DNA of 64,000 nucleotides from Macrostomum lignano (Eukaryota): NCBI GenBank assembly GCA_002269645.1, contig NIVC01001364.1, positions 62,001 to 126,000 of the forward strand, read 5' to 3'. Shown piece by piece: positions 61,651 to 64,000 of this stretch (position 1 is its first letter; each line of letters starts with the position of its first letter). The notes under the pieces were generated by a model. It saw only the letters and a program-made list of their open reading frames with translations, ran no database searches and was not told where the DNA came from. The position numbers and the translations under genes were made by a program.

Positions 61651-62325
61651 AGTGGTGAGTGTCTAAAGTTGAAGTAAAATTTCTCGCACCTGTTGCCCTC
61701 CATTCGAACGCAGCAAAGTGTCTGCGGCTTCATCATCAATACGGTCAAAAAAGTTCGTCACCCCTATTGCAACTACAAGCTGCACTAGTAGCATATGCGG
61801 AATATTTAAATATGAATTCATACTGTCAATAATAGTTGTAAATGAATTTTCATAGCTGTCACGATTAAAAATACACAGCAAAATTGTATTGAATAAAAAG
61901 TATATGCATATGCAATCGTTTGTATTAAAACAGTTTTACTGGAATAGACGCACACACGGCATTATGATTGATAGGTTACCTTCACGGGTATTAACTAATC
62001 AACTGATCAATTCGCCGATATGTAGCGTAGGAAACTATCGGGCAATCCATTTTTGTTGCTACCCAAATGCTTTTTTTATAGCTGATAAGCTGAAGAAAAA
62101 CAATAAAAAGCTTCAATTTTAGATCGCCTCGTTCAATATATGAGTTGTCGGGGTGATGGGATTCCCTATGTGTCCACCGATATGTAGCGTAGAAAACTTT
62201 ATCAGGCAATATCGAAAAAACGTTACAATCGTATCTATGGCAACCGATTTGTTGCTATGCAAATAGCTATGGACAAAAAATGTTGCCATGCGGATGTAGC
62301 TTAAGAGAACGGGTGCACATCCGGT

Positions 62326-63576
62326 TCACTTAAACAGCTCCCGCTTAGCCCGGAAGTTCTCCTGCCGGATCCGGTCCTCTTCCTCCTTCTTCTGACGCTG
62401 GCGCTGCTCCTCGCGCAGCTCGGCCTCGTACTGGCCGCCAGCCGCGTGGATGCCGATCTTGGCCTCGAAGAAGTCCTTGGCGCCGCGCACGCCGACTTCG
62501 TCGACGCTGACAGCCTCCACGCCGACGTATTCGGCGTACCAGGCCAGCAGGTTCTTGTGCGAGTCCAGCTGGCCGGCAGCGGCCCGCCTGAACATGCTGA
62601 GGAAGCCGCGAAAGTCCAGCCGGTTCGAGCCGGCCGGGGGAGCCTCGAAGTCGCGCATCAGCGCCTTCAGGCCCAGGTAAGTCTGCGGCGCGCCCAGCCG
62701 CTCCATCATGCGGGTCAGGTCCTCGCGGCCAAGGTAACCGTCTCTGTCGGGAGGGGTTGGCGCCGCAAGCTGATTGCCTGCCGTCTCATTCTATTTGTTC
62801 TACTTCTCAATCTACCTTTTCTACTTTTTAATCTACCTGTTCTACTTCTTAATCTACCTGCTCTACTTCTCAATCTACCTGTTCTATTTCTCACTCTACC
62901 CGCTCTACTTCTTGATCTAGCTACTTCTTAGTCTACTTGCTCTACTTCTTACTCTACTTCTCAATCCACCTCTCTAATTTCTAATCTATCTGCTTTAATC
63001 ATCACTCTACTTCTCAATCCACCTGTTCTAATTCTTAATCTACCTACCTCCTAGTCTACCTGCTCTACTTCTCAATGTACCTGTTCGACCTCTCACTCAA
63101 CCTGTTCTACTTCTCATTCTACCCCTTAATCTACCTGATCTACCTTTCACTCTACCTATCTTCTCAACTAATCTATCTACTCTACCTACTCTTACAGTAG
63201 CGACCCCGCATCAATTCAACTTCTTGTCATTCACCCCCTCACCTGTCGCCATCGAACTCGTCGAAGGCCTCCTTCAATTTGACCACACCTTTGCGGCCAA
63301 ACTCGGGGAACTCGGCGTAGGCGTTGAACTTCTTTGAGACGGGCATTCGCTTCCAAGTGACCTCGCCATTGGGCCCGACGGACTCGATGTCGCAGCCGGC
63401 AGGCAGAGCTGCAGGCGTCGAGCTTGAGCTTCGCCTACTAGACGAGCCAGACGATGTCAATTCAGCTGGTCGCGCCTCCTGCTGCTGCTGCTGCTGAGCC
63501 TCCAGCAGCTCAGTCGGCGACTGCGGTTCCGGAGAATGGGCCAGCTTGGCTACCGCGGCCTGGAACAGCGGGGCTG
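62326..63576 (-). CDS. EFHD2: EF-hand domain protein EFHD/swiprosin-1; exons 63243-63576 and 62326-62743; first exon lies beyond the window
   Basis: FNAYAEFPEF, FDGDR|DGYL..EDL..MMERLGAPQTYLGLK, FL.MFRRAAAG.L, GVRGAKDFFEAK and C-terminal coiled coil; phase-2 intron GTGAG...gacag. Confidence 0.93.
62790..63190. repeat. Degenerate ~20-bp pyrimidine-rich array (CTACTTCTCAATCTACCTG) in the EFHD intron
   Basis: Directly visible. Confidence 0.85.
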
Positions 63577-63599
63577 CTGCGGGTGAGCAAACTCTACAC

Positions 63600-64000
63600 A
63601 GTCTTCTGCTTTGGGTCTTCTACTACTAAGAGTCTTCTGCCTTGGGTCTTCTACTACTAAGAGTCTTCTGCTTTGGGTCTTCTACTACTAAGAGTCTTCT
63701 GCTTTGGGTCTTCTACTACTAAGAGTCTTCTGCTTTGGGTCTTCTACTTCTCAGTCTTCTGCTTTGAGTCTTTTACTTCTCAGAGCCTTCTGCTTTGGGT
63801 CTTCTACTACTAAGAGTCTTCTGCTTTGGGTCTTCTACTTTTCAGTCTTCTGCTTTGGGTCTTCTACTGCTAAGAGTCTTCTGCTTTGGGTCTTCTACTT
63901 CTTAGAGTCTTCTGCTTTGGATCTTCTACTTCTCAGAGTCTTCTGCTTTGGGTCTACTACTGTTTCTGCTTTGGATCTACTAATGTTTCTACTTTGGGTC
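63600..64000. repeat. About 31-bp minisatellite (AGAGTCTTCTGCTTTGGGTCTTCTACTACTA) in the upstream EFHD intron
   Basis: Directly visible. Confidence 0.92.

Noticed and set aside
59150-62250. Minus-strand exon-like fragments (VKTNYLVEKILDEDCKLERAGLQMRMP at about 59150-59235; VQLVVAIGVTNFFDRIDDEAADTLL at about 61690-61790; repeated YATYR at about 62020 and 62180)
   Set aside because: Could not be joined in frame and no family recognised; would need RNA-seq

Overview
Eukaryotic (metazoan, invertebrate-type) genomic DNA with spliceosomal GT-AG introns, GC-rich exons and about 18 kb (roughly 28%, from my approximate array bounds) of mini/microsatellite arrays, most of them filling introns. The style resembles a Macrostomum-type flatworm, but that is inference. 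Genes built by hand from splice sites and reading phase: a K-Cl cotransporter (SLC12/KCC, minus strand, 5' part, two phase-compatible candidate first exons); a Q/P/F-rich orphan gene nested antisense in a KCC intron; a claudin-superfamily TARP/CACNG-like gene; an orphan single-pass membrane protein with adaptor-like architecture; a poorly resolved polyQ/polyP gene; an intronless secreted knottin (ICK)-like peptide gene; NHP2 and SNU13 in tandem; and EFHD/swiprosin (3' part). Mobile DNA: a decayed Ty3/Gypsy element with both LTRs, three copies of a tRNA-derived CORE-type SINE, an internally deleted P-superfamily THAP transposon with TIRs and a perfect 8-bp TSD nested in another inverted-repeat element, a hAT-like MITE with an 8-bp TSD, and smaller hairpin MITEs. 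Best leads: the knottin-like peptide, two inverted arrays of one two-variant 16-bp satellite bracketing 17.5 kb, a near-perfect hairpin carrying the P element's own TIR ends upstream of its transposase, the NHP2-SNU13 pair, and an intronic cluster of RFX X-box-like motifs. No CRISPR, rRNA or true tRNA genes are supported.
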